Shown in pieces: positions 37,281 to 47,019 of a DNA stretch of 51,534 nucleotides. A model generated the notes under the pieces. That model worked only from the letters and a program-made list of their open reading frames with translations, made no database searches and was not told the DNA's origin. The translations under genes and the position numbers were made by a program. Numbering within the stretch: position 1 is the first letter of the stretch; every line of letters begins with the position of its first letter. Location of the stretch: assembly GCA_050303335.1 (NCBI GenBank), contig JBNLBN010000004.1:1-51534 (forward strand), in the 5' to 3' direction. Origin of the DNA: Candidatus Micrarchaeia archaeon (lineage in GTDB: Archaea > Micrarchaeota > Micrarchaeia > Anstonellales > Bilamarchaeaceae).

Positions 37281-37988
37281 ATGAAAATCAAGATAATAAC
37301 CAACCCGAAAAAGGATTGGGCAATCAGGCTTGAACCTGAAGTAAAACTTTTCCTGATAGGAAACGGCCACCAGCTGGTCCAGAGGAATGCGGACGTGACC
37401 CTCTGCATAGGCGGGGACGGCACGATACTCTATTCCCATCATTGCCGGAGGATCTCCGGAATCATCCTAGGTATCGGAAGCAACACAAGCTACATCTGCC
37501 AGCTTCGGCATGATGACTGGAAGGAAAATATCCAGGACATCCTCAAGTCCAAAATCATAAGCATCATGACACTTGAGGCTGTCTTCCGGGGAAAGAAATA
37601 CATCGCGATAAACGATTTTGTAATCCACGCAACGCACTACAGGGTGGCCCCGCTTAATGTAAAGTACGGAAACAATGATATCAAGTTCGAAGGGGACGGC
37701 ATAATCATATCCTCTCCCATAGGTTCATCCGGCTATGCATATTCTGCAGGCGGGAAAATCCAGCAGCCGACTGAAAAAATGATCTCGATTGTTCCAATCG
37801 CCCCATATATGCGCAGGTTCGGTCCCCTTGAGGTGGTAGAGCAGAAGATAGAGATATCCAGCGACATAGAATGCGCCTTCATCCTCGACGGGATTTACAT
37901 CTCCGGCATAAAAGCCGGGGAGACTGTAGCTATTAAAAGGGGATCTGATATGAAATTCTTTGAAGGAGTTGGTAAGTATCAGAGATGA
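37281..37988 (+). CDS. nadK: NAD(+) kinase
   Basis: IGGDGT, AIND, GDGIIISSPIGSSGYAYSAGG, LDG. Confidence 0.92.
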   Translation: MKIKIITNPKKDWAIRLEPEVKLFLIGNGHQLVQRNADVTLCIGGDGTILYSHHCRRISGIILGIGSNTSYICQLRHDDWKENIQDILKSKIISIMTLEAVFRGKKYIAINDFVIHATHYRVAPLNVKYGNNDIKFEGDGIIISSPIGSSGYAYSAGGKIQQPTEKMISIVPIAPYMRRFGPLEVVEQKIEISSDIECAFILDGIYISGIKAGETVAIKRGSDMKFFEGVGKYQR

Positions 37989-38277
37989 AATAATAAAGCG
38001 CGGCTATGTAGATGTCAAGGTCCATGTACAGGGCCTCCGGCAGAACCACAGGCTTGCTGTTGAAACGGAGAAAACCCCGCGGGGAAACATAACCTATTTA
38101 GTTTCGAAATTATATATCCCCACGCCGGAACTTCTGAGGCTTGCAGAAGAACTGCAGTTCCCGATCAAGCACAATACTACGGTTGTGTTTCCAAAAGGAA
38201 AAATGCCGAAGGACTTCCTGGTAAAGCAAAATATCTCAGTTGAGGCGGAAGTAGTCGAAGCGGAGATTGAAGATTAG
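37960..38277 (+). CDS. Hypothetical protein
   Basis: 105-aa ORF overlapping the nadK end; TTG start at 37960 or 37969. Confidence 0.65.
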   Translation: MKELVSIRDEIIKRGYVDVKVHVQGLRQNHRLAVETEKTPRGNITYLVSKLYIPTPELLRLAEELQFPIKHNTTVVFPKGKMPKDFLVKQNISVEAEVVEAEIED

Positions 38278-38307
38278 CTATTTATTTGTTGTTACATATA
38301 ATCATTC

Positions 38308-41300
38308 ATGTCCCTCGAAGCCAAGGTATTGTCTGCTGAAGAAAAATCAGAGATCACCGTTAGCGTTATCGAGCAGGTGGCTTTGAAATACGACCTTCCA
38401 AAAGAATGGGCTGGGCAGGAGTTTCGCGTTGCTAGAGATATCAAGCCCGAGCCGGAATTCAAGAAGGAGCTGCAGCGGGAACTTCTCTCGAAACTTTATG
38501 AGAAAAATCCCCAGAAGGCGAAGGCATTCGAGCTTGAACTAATCCTTTCGGAACGATCGCTGCTGGATCAGAGTTTTTTCCCGCAATCAGAGGAAATCAA
38601 GCCATTCATCTCCGGGACCCAGGAAACATTTTTCAGTGAAGACCGGGCATTCATGAAATGGGCAGAAGAAAACAGCGGGAAACTCGCGACGATGGGGATC
38701 ACTGTCCTGAAATCCGATGACAACGTGGTCCTGCTCAACGAGAAATATGTCCCGGGCTTTGACAAGAGAACATCGGAAATCCTTACAACTGCCCTCCAGG
38801 ATCCGGAGGCAGTTGCAGCAGTCACACTTTTCATCAGAATAGTAAAGGAACAGGAACGAAGCCCGGACAAGTTCATAAAATCCCAGTTCCAGTCAGTGCT
38901 TTCTGACATCCAATCCGGAGACTACGAAACAGCTGCCAAAAGGGCGTTCGCATTGAACATGTACCGTGAAATTTCGTTGCAGGATTTTGATTCTCCCGAG
39001 TTCCAGAAAGCAATGAAGCAGGCGCGCTCCCTCCTTCGCAAATCGAAGGTTGATGATGCTGTTGCCACACTCAACATTGCAGGTACTATGGTAGCGGTCC
39101 AGGGCAGCGTAGATGCAGATACGCTCACATCCTACCTTGAAAAGGCGAGAATACTCGTAACCAAGGGAAAGACTGAGAAGGCAGGCCGCATAAACCGCCT
39201 CGTCATCCAGCATATCCAGTTTTCCCAGCTGTCCTCACAGCTGTCCCTCCTGGTATCTTCTGCACAGGATATGGAACTTATCGGAGCAGCGGTCAAATCC
39301 CTTGACATGTTCAGGATAAAAGGGGAATTCAGTGAGGAGAGGTTCCAGGACCTAATGGGAATCTCCTATGAAGAATTCAAGAAGAGGGGCGCAAAAGCAA
39401 TACTCGAATCCGTCTATAGGAGGGCATTGCAGTTCTGCGAATTCGGTATGGCCAAGGTGAAGGAATCCCTCAAGCAGGTGCTTTCCGGAAAGCCGGAATC
39501 AGATAAGGCAGACCAGGCCCTCTCAAAGGTCCGTGACCTTATTGCCAAGGGCCAGGACATCCATTCGTTCCTTTCGGCGATCTGGAGGGTCCGGGGAATG
39601 GCGGCAAGTATCGGTAAGATGGAATTCAGCGACGTGTCCGGCCTCCGCGCAAGAGGATTCCTCCAGAACGAACGATCAGACGCGGTAAAATCCTTCGGTT
39701 CGATCGAGTCCTCATATTTCATGGCGCTATTCCACCGGGTTTCTGACATGGATCCGGAAAAGTACATAAAGAGCATACCCCGCTTCGAAAAAATAGCAGC
39801 CTCAAAGGCACAATCCCTTATCAGGCACTACAACATCTCCGTAAATTTCGAGAACTATGCAAGGGCATATGCCAAATCCCTTGACGAATACCATACCTCA
39901 GTTGTCGGCAATTTCAAGAAGATGCGAGACCACGGCGCAGGCTTATACAGTGAATTGAAGGGAACCCCCACCGGGGTGGCAGCGGATTTTGCCAAAGGCA
40001 TCCGCGACGAATTCGATGACAGTTTCATTCCGCTGATGGTAGCACAAGGAGAGTTCATTCAGCAGGCCCTTTCAATCACGATTTCAGGATACACCCCGGA
40101 TTCCATTCAGTTCAGTGAAGGAAGGAACCTTGGGGAGATGTTCGGTGAAAAGCCCCAGTCTGTTTCTCCTTTGCTCAATGCAGCAAACAAGATCAACCAG
40201 ATCGCAAGCGAGGCATCCGGGAAGTACAAAGGAGACATGAGGCAGATCGAGATCGCACTTTATGATCTTCCTGAATCTAGAAGCGAAGTAGAGCGGCTCC
40301 TTTCCGATCCGGTTTTCTGGGCCCCGATTGCAGTTGCCACGCTCGGAAAGGGGCCTGCAGCGGCATCTGCAATCTGGAGGGCGCTTCCGGAAACCCTGAA
40401 GTTCGGCCTGTCTGCCGGATCCTTTGCATACGGATCAATTGAGCTCGGATCCGGAACAGTGGATTATCTCTATTCGCAAACTGCCCAGGAGCAGGAAGCG
40501 GCTCTGGGAAAGATCAGAGGCGGCGCCATAACAGTCGGCATGGGTGCCATGGGCTTATCATCGCTCAAGCTGTTCGGAAGGGCGGCTATGACAGCTACCG
40601 AACTCGGAACGCTCGGAATCGGATCCTTCGTTCTTGCAAAGGACCTGCAGCTGATGAAGGCCCAGGGCGAGACAAAGCCCCTTACTATAGCAATGGACAT
40701 GCTCCTTTTCCTTCCTGCACTCCCTCTTGCAACAAAGGGGATCACGGCTTACAGGGCATCCAATCTGAAATCATCGGCAGATGAACTCGGTCAATTAATC
40801 GAACTTACCGTAGGAACTACCAATGGCGAGGAGGTCCTTGCAGGCAACCTTGTCACGAAGTTCCTTTCAAGGTCGGAATCAGCACAGAATGCGATCCTCG
40901 AAAAGATGGTAGCAATGGGCCGCGGCCAGGCAGCGGCAAGACTGAACTACCTTCGCGGGCTCCAGGGCTTCAGCCGGTCAGGGATGATCTCGGATACGCT
41001 CTATCAGCGCGCCTCAGCGTCCGTGCTCCAGGATGCAAGCTTCGAGGTCTCGGAAAAAGGGATGCTCACAGTCTACGATGCAATGGCAAAAGAGGGCGCC
41101 ATCGCAGGACTGAATGCAGCATACAAGCATCCCGGGGCCGATTACCTCGGAGTAATAAGCAGCAATGTCAACCGGCTTATAGAGGAAGGGAAAATCCTTT
41201 TCGGGGGGAAGCCCATCCCAGCAGGATCCATTTCGCAGATAGAATTCAAGTTCGGAGGAAAAGGGGCCTTCAACATCGTGATAAAACTGAACAACGGAAA

Positions 41301-42573
41301 GACTACCTCCGTGATAATGAAACTGGAAGACCTTGCAGCTGAAGGCTTCGGTTCAGCACTAGTATCTGATGCCGGCATCATCTCCCCGCAGGTCATGTCT
41401 GCCTCCGGAGGAAAGCCGCTCACATACATGACTCCGGAAGGCCCCAGGCAGTTCGGCCTTATCGAGCACATGGGCAAAAAGGCAATAAGTTTAGACGGCG
41501 TGCAGGTTGAGATAAGCAGCATGGAGACAGTTTCCGATCTATCCTCTTTCATTGCAAACAACCAGATCCTTGCAAGCCTGAAAAAGATTGATCCGCTTGC
41601 CCTGCAGAAACTCCTCATGCGGGCGCTCGGATATGTCCAGACCGGATCCATTAACGTTGGCGCGATTGACGGCACTGCAGTGAATCTTCCGGTTATGCTT
41701 GGGAAAATAAACCCTGCAGGAGCCCAGAGGCTGCTTTCATCTTCAAACTACCTCCTTTATGAGGAAGGAGCAACAGCGCAAGGGGCGCTATCGACAGCAT
41801 TTACCAACCAGACACAAGGAATTGTGATGAAGGCGAAGGACGGCTCCTATTACATGATGTCCATGCGATCCGCTATCGGAAGGCTGGACTGCGAGACAAG
41901 CGCCATGTTCTACACTGTCAAGACCTCCTCAGGCTATGACATGTCACCGACACTGACCAGGTTCGCAAGGGACATGGCAGGATCGGTAAAAAGCATATTA
42001 TCCGAATTTGGCAGTACGGCTTATTCTTCAGGAGAGATGCAGAAGGATATCTATCTTGGCGGGCAGCACTGGTATCAGAACATTGGAAGGTATCCTGAAT
42101 TCCAGCAAAGGGTGGCAGCGCAGATTGCCGGACACAACGGAGGCCCCATTGGTCTTGCGACCGAAGGAAGGCTGCCCAAGGGATTTGTCAGCAAGTACCT
42201 CTCATTTTTGGAAAAGGGCAAGATAACCCCGAAGAATATGAGCCAGTTGGAAGAGTGGCTCCTTTCCCCGGCCGGAGGACGCGATGCTTATGATGATTGG
42301 CTGAAAACAACATTCAATATTAAACAGGTTGATGATTCAGTCAGGACGCGGTATCTTAGGGAAATATCCAACTTCATCCAACAGAAGCATGTCAATGGAA
42401 ATACCGTATCAGTATCCCTGCCGGACGGAAGGCTCAGGCTCGATGCGCAAGCGGCAATAGATTCTTTCAGTTACACCTTTTCAGTGGGGCAGAAATCGCT
42501 AGAGTCAGGAAAAGGGTTCGGTTACAATTACTGGAAGGAGATATTCAGGCTTCTTCCTAATTATGTGAAGTAG
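38308..42573 (+). CDS. Large 1421-aa protein: helical N-terminus, central Gly/Ala-rich hydrophobic region, putative atypical (HipA/PI3-4K-like) kinase domain
   Basis: Long uninterrupted ORF; GGKGA, VIMK, AEGFG..L...AGI..P, DGTAVN, RLDCE in kinase order (domain call tentative). Confidence 0.7.
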   Translation: MSLEAKVLSAEEKSEITVSVIEQVALKYDLPKEWAGQEFRVARDIKPEPEFKKELQRELLSKLYEKNPQKAKAFELELILSERSLLDQSFFPQSEEIKPFISGTQETFFSEDRAFMKWAEENSGKLATMGITVLKSDDNVVLLNEKYVPGFDKRTSEILTTALQDPEAVAAVTLFIRIVKEQERSPDKFIKSQFQSVLSDIQSGDYETAAKRAFALNMYREISLQDFDSPEFQKAMKQARSLLRKSKVDDAVATLNIAGTMVAVQGSVDADTLTSYLEKARILVTKGKTEKAGRINRLVIQHIQFSQLSSQLSLLVSSAQDMELIGAAVKSLDMFRIKGEFSEERFQDLMGISYEEFKKRGAKAILESVYRRALQFCEFGMAKVKESLKQVLSGKPESDKADQALSKVRDLIAKGQDIHSFLSAIWRVRGMAASIGKMEFSDVSGLRARGFLQNERSDAVKSFGSIESSYFMALFHRVSDMDPEKYIKSIPRFEKIAASKAQSLIRHYNISVNFENYARAYAKSLDEYHTSVVGNFKKMRDHGAGLYSELKGTPTGVAADFAKGIRDEFDDSFIPLMVAQGEFIQQALSITISGYTPDSIQFSEGRNLGEMFGEKPQSVSPLLNAANKINQIASEASGKYKGDMRQIEIALYDLPESRSEVERLLSDPVFWAPIAVATLGKGPAAASAIWRALPETLKFGLSAGSFAYGSIELGSGTVDYLYSQTAQEQEAALGKIRGGAITVGMGAMGLSSLKLFGRAAMTATELGTLGIGSFVLAKDLQLMKAQGETKPLTIAMDMLLFLPALPLATKGITAYRASNLKSSADELGQLIELTVGTTNGEEVLAGNLVTKFLSRSESAQNAILEKMVAMGRGQAAARLNYLRGLQGFSRSGMISDTLYQRASASVLQDASFEVSEKGMLTVYDAMAKEGAIAGLNAAYKHPGADYLGVISSNVNRLIEEGKILFGGKPIPAGSISQIEFKFGGKGAFNIVIKLNNGKTTSVIMKLEDLAAEGFGSALVSDAGIISPQVMSASGGKPLTYMTPEGPRQFGLIEHMGKKAISLDGVQVEISSMETVSDLSSFIANNQILASLKKIDPLALQKLLMRALGYVQTGSINVGAIDGTAVNLPVMLGKINPAGAQRLLSSSNYLLYEEGATAQGALSTAFTNQTQGIVMKAKDGSYYMMSMRSAIGRLDCETSAMFYTVKTSSGYDMSPTLTRFARDMAGSVKSILSEFGSTAYSSGEMQKDIYLGGQHWYQNIGRYPEFQQRVAAQIAGHNGGPIGLATEGRLPKGFVSKYLSFLEKGKITPKNMSQLEEWLLSPAGGRDAYDDWLKTTFNIKQVDDSVRTRYLREISNFIQQKHVNGNTVSVSLPDGRLRLDAQAAIDSFSYTFSVGQKSLESGKGFGYNYWKEIFRLLPNYVK

Positions 42574-43020
42574 TCAGCCCATGCAATCATGGATCGCAAT
42601 GCCATCTTTTCCTGCAAGCTCCTTTATCTTTGAGACGACCTCGTTCCAGTACTTTTTTTTCGTCTGGAGGTTTGCAACCTGCTCCCTGTATAGTATTCCG
42701 CGGTCCTTGTCAGATATTATCAGGTACGTGGAATTTGCCCGGTCAAAGATCATCAGCATGAATCCATCTTCCATCTCACCTCCTTCAAAAGATGCAAGAA
42801 GTTTCGATGGGAACACTGATCCGGACGAGAAAATCATCCCATGTTCCGTTCGGTCAAAATTAAGGGTCTTCGGAAGGTTCAGTTCCTTTTCAAATTCGTC
42901 CTTCCATCCGTTGCAGGCGCTTTTGATCATCACGATCACGGTCCCGCGCTCTATCATCGGTTCATGGTTCGTCTTTCTTGGAGGACTGCTCGATCTTGAT
43001 TCAGATGTCGTTAATGCCAT
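42574..43020 (-). CDS. Hypothetical protein
   Basis: 148-aa ORF co-oriented with the upstream TPR and dehydrogenase genes; stop abuts the stop of the large gene. Confidence 0.6.
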   Translation of the reverse strand: MALTTSESRSSSPPRKTNHEPMIERGTVIVMIKSACNGWKDEFEKELNLPKTLNFDRTEHGMIFSSGSVFPSKLLASFEGGEMEDGFMLMIFDRANSTYLIISDKDRGILYREQVANLQTKKKYWNEVVSKIKELAGKDGIAIHDCMG

Positions 43021-43032
43021 AAAATATTGTTG

Positions 43033-43461
43033 CTAAGAAGAATTTATTATCCTTATTAATTCCACGATGCTCCGTTCGCTCAGATCAAGGTCGGCCTTTT
43101 TACCTGATTTTGCCTTCAGGAGAAACAACAGCTTCTTGGTATTCTCCGAAGGGCTGATCTTGATCGATTCCTCAAGGAATTTTATCCCCTTCCCGATATC
43201 GCCCATGCTGTAATTTGATACCGCGGCAATTATCGCGCACCTGCTGATATCAGCTTTGTTTTCCGACAGGTTGTATGCAAGCTGCGATTCCTCTGCCGCT
43301 TCCCGGAAATTTCCCATCCCGAATGCAATCTTCGAGCGGATGTAATGGGATATCATCTCCTTGTCGTGCTCAGCTGTGAACTTTATGGAAAGCTCGTATG
43401 CCTTGGGGTCATTGTTCTTGAGATACAAGGTTATCTGCTTCAGGTATGCTTCCTTCTTCAT
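43033..43461 (-). CDS. TPR-like protein
   Basis: AFGMGNFREAAE and NYSMGDIGKGIKFLEESIKISP TPR patterns; 4-nt overlap with the upstream gene. Confidence 0.7.
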   Translation of the reverse strand: MKKEAYLKQITLYLKNNDPKAYELSIKFTAEHDKEMISHYIRSKIAFGMGNFREAAEESQLAYNLSENKADISRCAIIAAVSNYSMGDIGKGIKFLEESIKISPSENTKKLLFLLKAKSGKKADLDLSERSIVELIRIINSS

Positions 43462-44330
43462 TTTTCCGCCTTCAGTATCATGATGATCTCTTCGCCGATC
43501 CTTTCCTGCGCCTCAGCTGTGCTTGCAGCAATGTGAGGGGTGAAATATACATTATCAAGTTCCAGGAGCTTCCCGCTGTACGGCTCATGCTTGTATACAT
43601 CAAGTGCCGCTCCCATTATCTTTCCGCTCTTCAGTCCGTCATATAGCGCGTCCTCATCAACCACTTCGCCCCTGGAAGTGTTCACTATCAGCACGCCATC
43701 CTTCATCTTCGAGATCGATCCGGCATTTATCATATCCTTTGTCTGTTCTGTAGCAGGAACATGCAGCGAAATCACATCCGCCCTTGCATAAAGCTCGTCC
43801 AGTTCCACGAATTCGACATTTTCCCCGCTCCTTGGCGGGACATTATAAGCTATAATCCCCATCCCTAGTGCATGCGCCTTCTGCCCGAGGCTTTCCCCGA
43901 TTCTTCCGTATCCGATAATTCCCAGGGTCTTTCCTGCAATCTCCCTTCCGACAAGCTCCTTCTTTTTCCACTGGCCTGTCTTCATCTGGTGGTGCGCTTT
44001 CTGCACATTCCTCATGCTTGATATGATCATTCCGAGAGCAAGTTCAGCCACTGCATTGGTGGATGCACCAGGTGTATTCATGACCCGGATTCCCTTCCCC
44101 CTGGCAGCTGCAACGTCTATATTGTCGATTCCCACCCCTGCACGGATTATGAGCTTCAATGAAGAGTCCTTGAGGAGCTCTGCCGTAACCCTGGTGGCGC
44201 TCCGCACTATCAGAACGTCGGCGTCCCTTATCTCCTCCGACAGATTCCCTGGCTTATAGACAAGGTTGCAAATTCTGCCGATCTCCTCACGAACTTCCTC
44301 CTTCATGTTGTCTGATACCACTACCTTCAT
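43458..44330 (-). CDS. D-2-hydroxyacid dehydrogenase (SerA-like, no ACT domain)
   Basis: VRSAT, RAGVGIDNID, NAVAE, GYGRIG, NTSRG, LDV..EP, TPHIAAST. Confidence 0.93.
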   Translation of the reverse strand: MKVVVSDNMKEEVREEIGRICNLVYKPGNLSEEIRDADVLIVRSATRVTAELLKDSSLKLIIRAGVGIDNIDVAAARGKGIRVMNTPGASTNAVAELALGMIISSMRNVQKAHHQMKTGQWKKKELVGREIAGKTLGIIGYGRIGESLGQKAHALGMGIIAYNVPPRSGENVEFVELDELYARADVISLHVPATEQTKDMINAGSISKMKDGVLIVNTSRGEVVDEDALYDGLKSGKIMGAALDVYKHEPYSGKLLELDNVYFTPHIAASTAEAQERIGEEIIMILKAEK

Positions 44331-44515
44331 GGGGATTTAAGCTCACCTCATGATTATATTGTTTTTGATACACTTATGTCCCTTCAATCCAACCCAATAG
44401 ATGTAATTTTTACATAATTTCGGATTCGGTTGTTATTTTGCCTGGTGTAACATTTTTTTTGTTAAATTTTGAACAAAGTTTTTAAAATAAAAGTATATAT
44501 CCACACATTTTTGTT

Positions 44516-44532
44516 CGAAACCTATTTATATA
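44516..44532 (+). promoter_or_regulatory. Putative BRE + TATA box for the ACT-domain gene
   Basis: CGAAAC followed by TTTATATA (44525-44532). Confidence 0.5.
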
Positions 44533-44674
44533 ACCTCCTGACATACTATGATTGGGTAGGGGGTTGGTTATATATGCCCAATAATATTTGGGTTAGTTAG
44601 GCAAAAGCCCAGATTGAATGAAAATTTTGGGAATAATGTTCAAAAAAAGTTAAATTTCCGTACAAGGTGATAAA

Positions 44675-45079
44675 ATGAAGTCAGTAACAATAGTATCAGG
44701 TGATCGTGTAGGCCTTTTGGCTGACATTTCCTATATTCTGGGGAAGTCAGGCGTTAACATAGAAGGACTCCATGTCGATGTTATCGGCGGCAAAGCCGTT
44801 ATCAAGCTCGATGTCAAAGACACAAAGAAAGCAACCAATACACTAGAAATGAATGGATTCACGACCACGGATCCCTCATCGATTGTCATCAAGGTAGCAA
44901 ACAATTCCAGAGACAAGATCGCTGAGATGCTTGCAGTCGAAAAGGTGAAGGTAAACGAAATGACTGTCCTCTCTTCGGATTCAAGCGACGGAATATTCGC
45001 AATATCAGTCGACAAGCCGAGGAAGGCGACAAAGATGCTCTCGCCCTTCATCCTAGGAAATATCGACGCGCCGTACTAG
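44675..45079 (+). CDS. Tandem ACT-domain protein
   Basis: DRVGLLADISYILG..GVNI ACT motif plus a second degenerate ACT; AGGTGA SD at 44665-44670. Confidence 0.88.
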   Translation: MKSVTIVSGDRVGLLADISYILGKSGVNIEGLHVDVIGGKAVIKLDVKDTKKATNTLEMNGFTTTDPSSIVIKVANNSRDKIAEMLAVEKVKVNEMTVLSSDSSDGIFAISVDKPRKATKMLSPFILGNIDAPY

Positions 45080-46137
45080 GTGGTAATTTTTTCTATTTCT
45101 TTTCCTGCATCCTTTATCTCCATCGCTATTCTTCTTCCGAATGAAACGCTTTCCCTGTGCAGGTAGCCTGAATAAGGGGTGAACCTTGTTCCAGGTGATC
45201 CCGGCATCCTCATCGAGATGTCGAAGCAGACGAACTGCTCTTTTCCTTCCTCGACGAACGCTCCCTGGAGTGCAAAAGGCCCAATTATGCCGTCCTTGTA
45301 TTCGCTTTCACAGGCCCGTACGAACCTTTCTCCCAGGTCATATACCTGTTCAAGAAGGGACTCCCTCAAGGTACAGGCAATGTGCCCCACCTCGATAGTG
45401 GATGGTTTCTCAATCTTAAGGAGTTCCAGCTGCTCGTCAGCCGGCATCCTGAGGTAGCCGTCTATATTCGTCTGCCTCCTAGTATCTATTCCGAGAAGCT
45501 CCAGCTCCTGGTGCACCGGCGAATAGAAGAAATTGAAGTTGAAATGCGCTCCGACGATATACTCCTCGATGGTTGCCTTATCCAAGTCTTCCTGGGTGAT
45601 TTTTCCCTCAGCAATCATTTTCTGGCTTGTCTTGTAGTAGTCGTCTGCCCCTTTTGCAAGGAAAAAAGCTCTCTCGTAACTTCTTTTCGCTTCATTCACC
45701 TTTACAATTACAAGCCTGTCAGTATCCTCAATTTTGCCGAATTTTTTCGGCGTCCTTATCCCCGCCTTTTCCATCAGGAAATACTGGTTCTTCGGCGCAT
45801 CCCTCTCCTCTGCGCGAAGGAGGTACTTGTTTCCGAATACGGGGACTTTGAATTCCTTTTCTATCTTGTCATAGCCCACATAAACTGCAAAAGACCTGTT
45901 CGGGACGAATATGCTTCCCTCCAGCTCCTTCTGCCTCTCTATGATCTGGCTGAACCTGTCGACCAGGATCACCTCGTCAATGACCCCGATTTCCCTTTCG
46001 CCCCGTTTTCTTGTCGCATGGTGAAGGTATGACCTTTCCCTTCCTTTCTGACAGACAACAACGGTCCCGAATCCCTCTTTCTTTGCTCCCTCGCTTACGT
46101 CCAAAGCCGAATGGCTACCAAGAGTAGAAATTTTCAT
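45076..46137 (-). CDS. purP: Formate-dependent FAICAR synthetase PurP family
   Basis: LGSHSALD, GAKKEGF, PNRSF, IEEY, NFFYSP, GIIGPFALQ, GRRIA.EI. Confidence 0.93.
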   Translation of the reverse strand: MKISTLGSHSALDVSEGAKKEGFGTVVVCQKGRERSYLHHATRKRGEREIGVIDEVILVDRFSQIIERQKELEGSIFVPNRSFAVYVGYDKIEKEFKVPVFGNKYLLRAEERDAPKNQYFLMEKAGIRTPKKFGKIEDTDRLVIVKVNEAKRSYERAFFLAKGADDYYKTSQKMIAEGKITQEDLDKATIEEYIVGAHFNFNFFYSPVHQELELLGIDTRRQTNIDGYLRMPADEQLELLKIEKPSTIEVGHIACTLRESLLEQVYDLGERFVRACESEYKDGIIGPFALQGAFVEEGKEQFVCFDISMRMPGSPGTRFTPYSGYLHRESVSFGRRIAMEIKDAGKEIEKITT

Positions 46138-46203
46138 AACAATGTGTTTGATTAGACCTTTTTTAAAACGTCACTTTATATAATTTTACGTAGTGAAAAA
46201 ACC

Positions 46204-47019
46204 ATGAAATATCTACTTGTGATGCTACTCTTGTTCTCTGCATCTTTTGCGGAGTTTGTAATTGAGCGGGTAGATGTTAGCATAAGCGATATACAGAGCG
46301 ACGGCTCGGCCAAGGTCCATGAATCAATCAAGATAATCATGTTCGGAGACTACTCAAAATCCGTCTATGACAGCGGAATCACCAACAACCGGCTCTCTGT
46401 ATGGTCCAATAACACGGGCCTCAAGCAGATGAAGATACATACCAATCCTTCCATCGTGGACATCCGGGATTTCAGGATCAGGCCGCAGCCGAGGACCAAG
46501 TGCAATCCTATCCAGGATCTCTGCCACGGGGAGCTGATACTGGATTACTGGGCATTTCCTGCATTTGCAAATGACACGCAGAAAAATGGAACAGGACTAT
46601 TCTCCATAGATCAATACAAGCCGCGGACAACCCGTTATACCATCAATCCGGAGGCGCTTTCATTCACAACGACGCCCGAGCAGAACATTGTATTGGAGGA
46701 ACGGGTCTACCTTACAATAGATCTTCCCAGCGATTCTATAACCTATGATGTGAACCCGCTACCGGCCGGCGAATCGATAGATTTTCCGGCATATGTTGAC
46801 CAGCTCTCATGGACCGATATTGTGCTTGTCAAGTTTTCGCTGATATTCGACGTTGAGGACAGCATCGACAAGGAGGTTACCGACTTCTTCTCAAGCATCG
46901 CCAAAGGGATAAGCGACACGCTCAGCAGTCCCCACGGGATTCCGCTTGTTGTCCTGATTTCAGCACTGATCGGCTCGTATCTTTATGTTTTGATGTCTAA
47001 ACGGAGGGGCGAGGAATAA
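46204..47019 (+). CDS. Secreted, C-terminally membrane-anchored hypothetical protein
   Basis: Signal peptide ending SFA, beta-rich body, C-terminal TM plus KRR. Confidence 0.8.
   Translation: MKYLLVMLLLFSASFAEFVIERVDVSISDIQSDGSAKVHESIKIIMFGDYSKSVYDSGITNNRLSVWSNNTGLKQMKIHTNPSIVDIRDFRIRPQPRTKCNPIQDLCHGELILDYWAFPAFANDTQKNGTGLFSIDQYKPRTTRYTINPEALSFTTTPEQNIVLEERVYLTIDLPSDSITYDVNPLPAGESIDFPAYVDQLSWTDIVLVKFSLIFDVEDSIDKEVTDFFSSIAKGISDTLSSPHGIPLVVLISALIGSYLYVLMSKRRGEE

Noticed and set aside
42581-43036. + strand 151-aa ORF as an immunity gene for the giant protein
   Set aside because: Ser/Phe-rich antisense shadow of the better-looking minus-strand ORF 42574-43020, though not formally excluded
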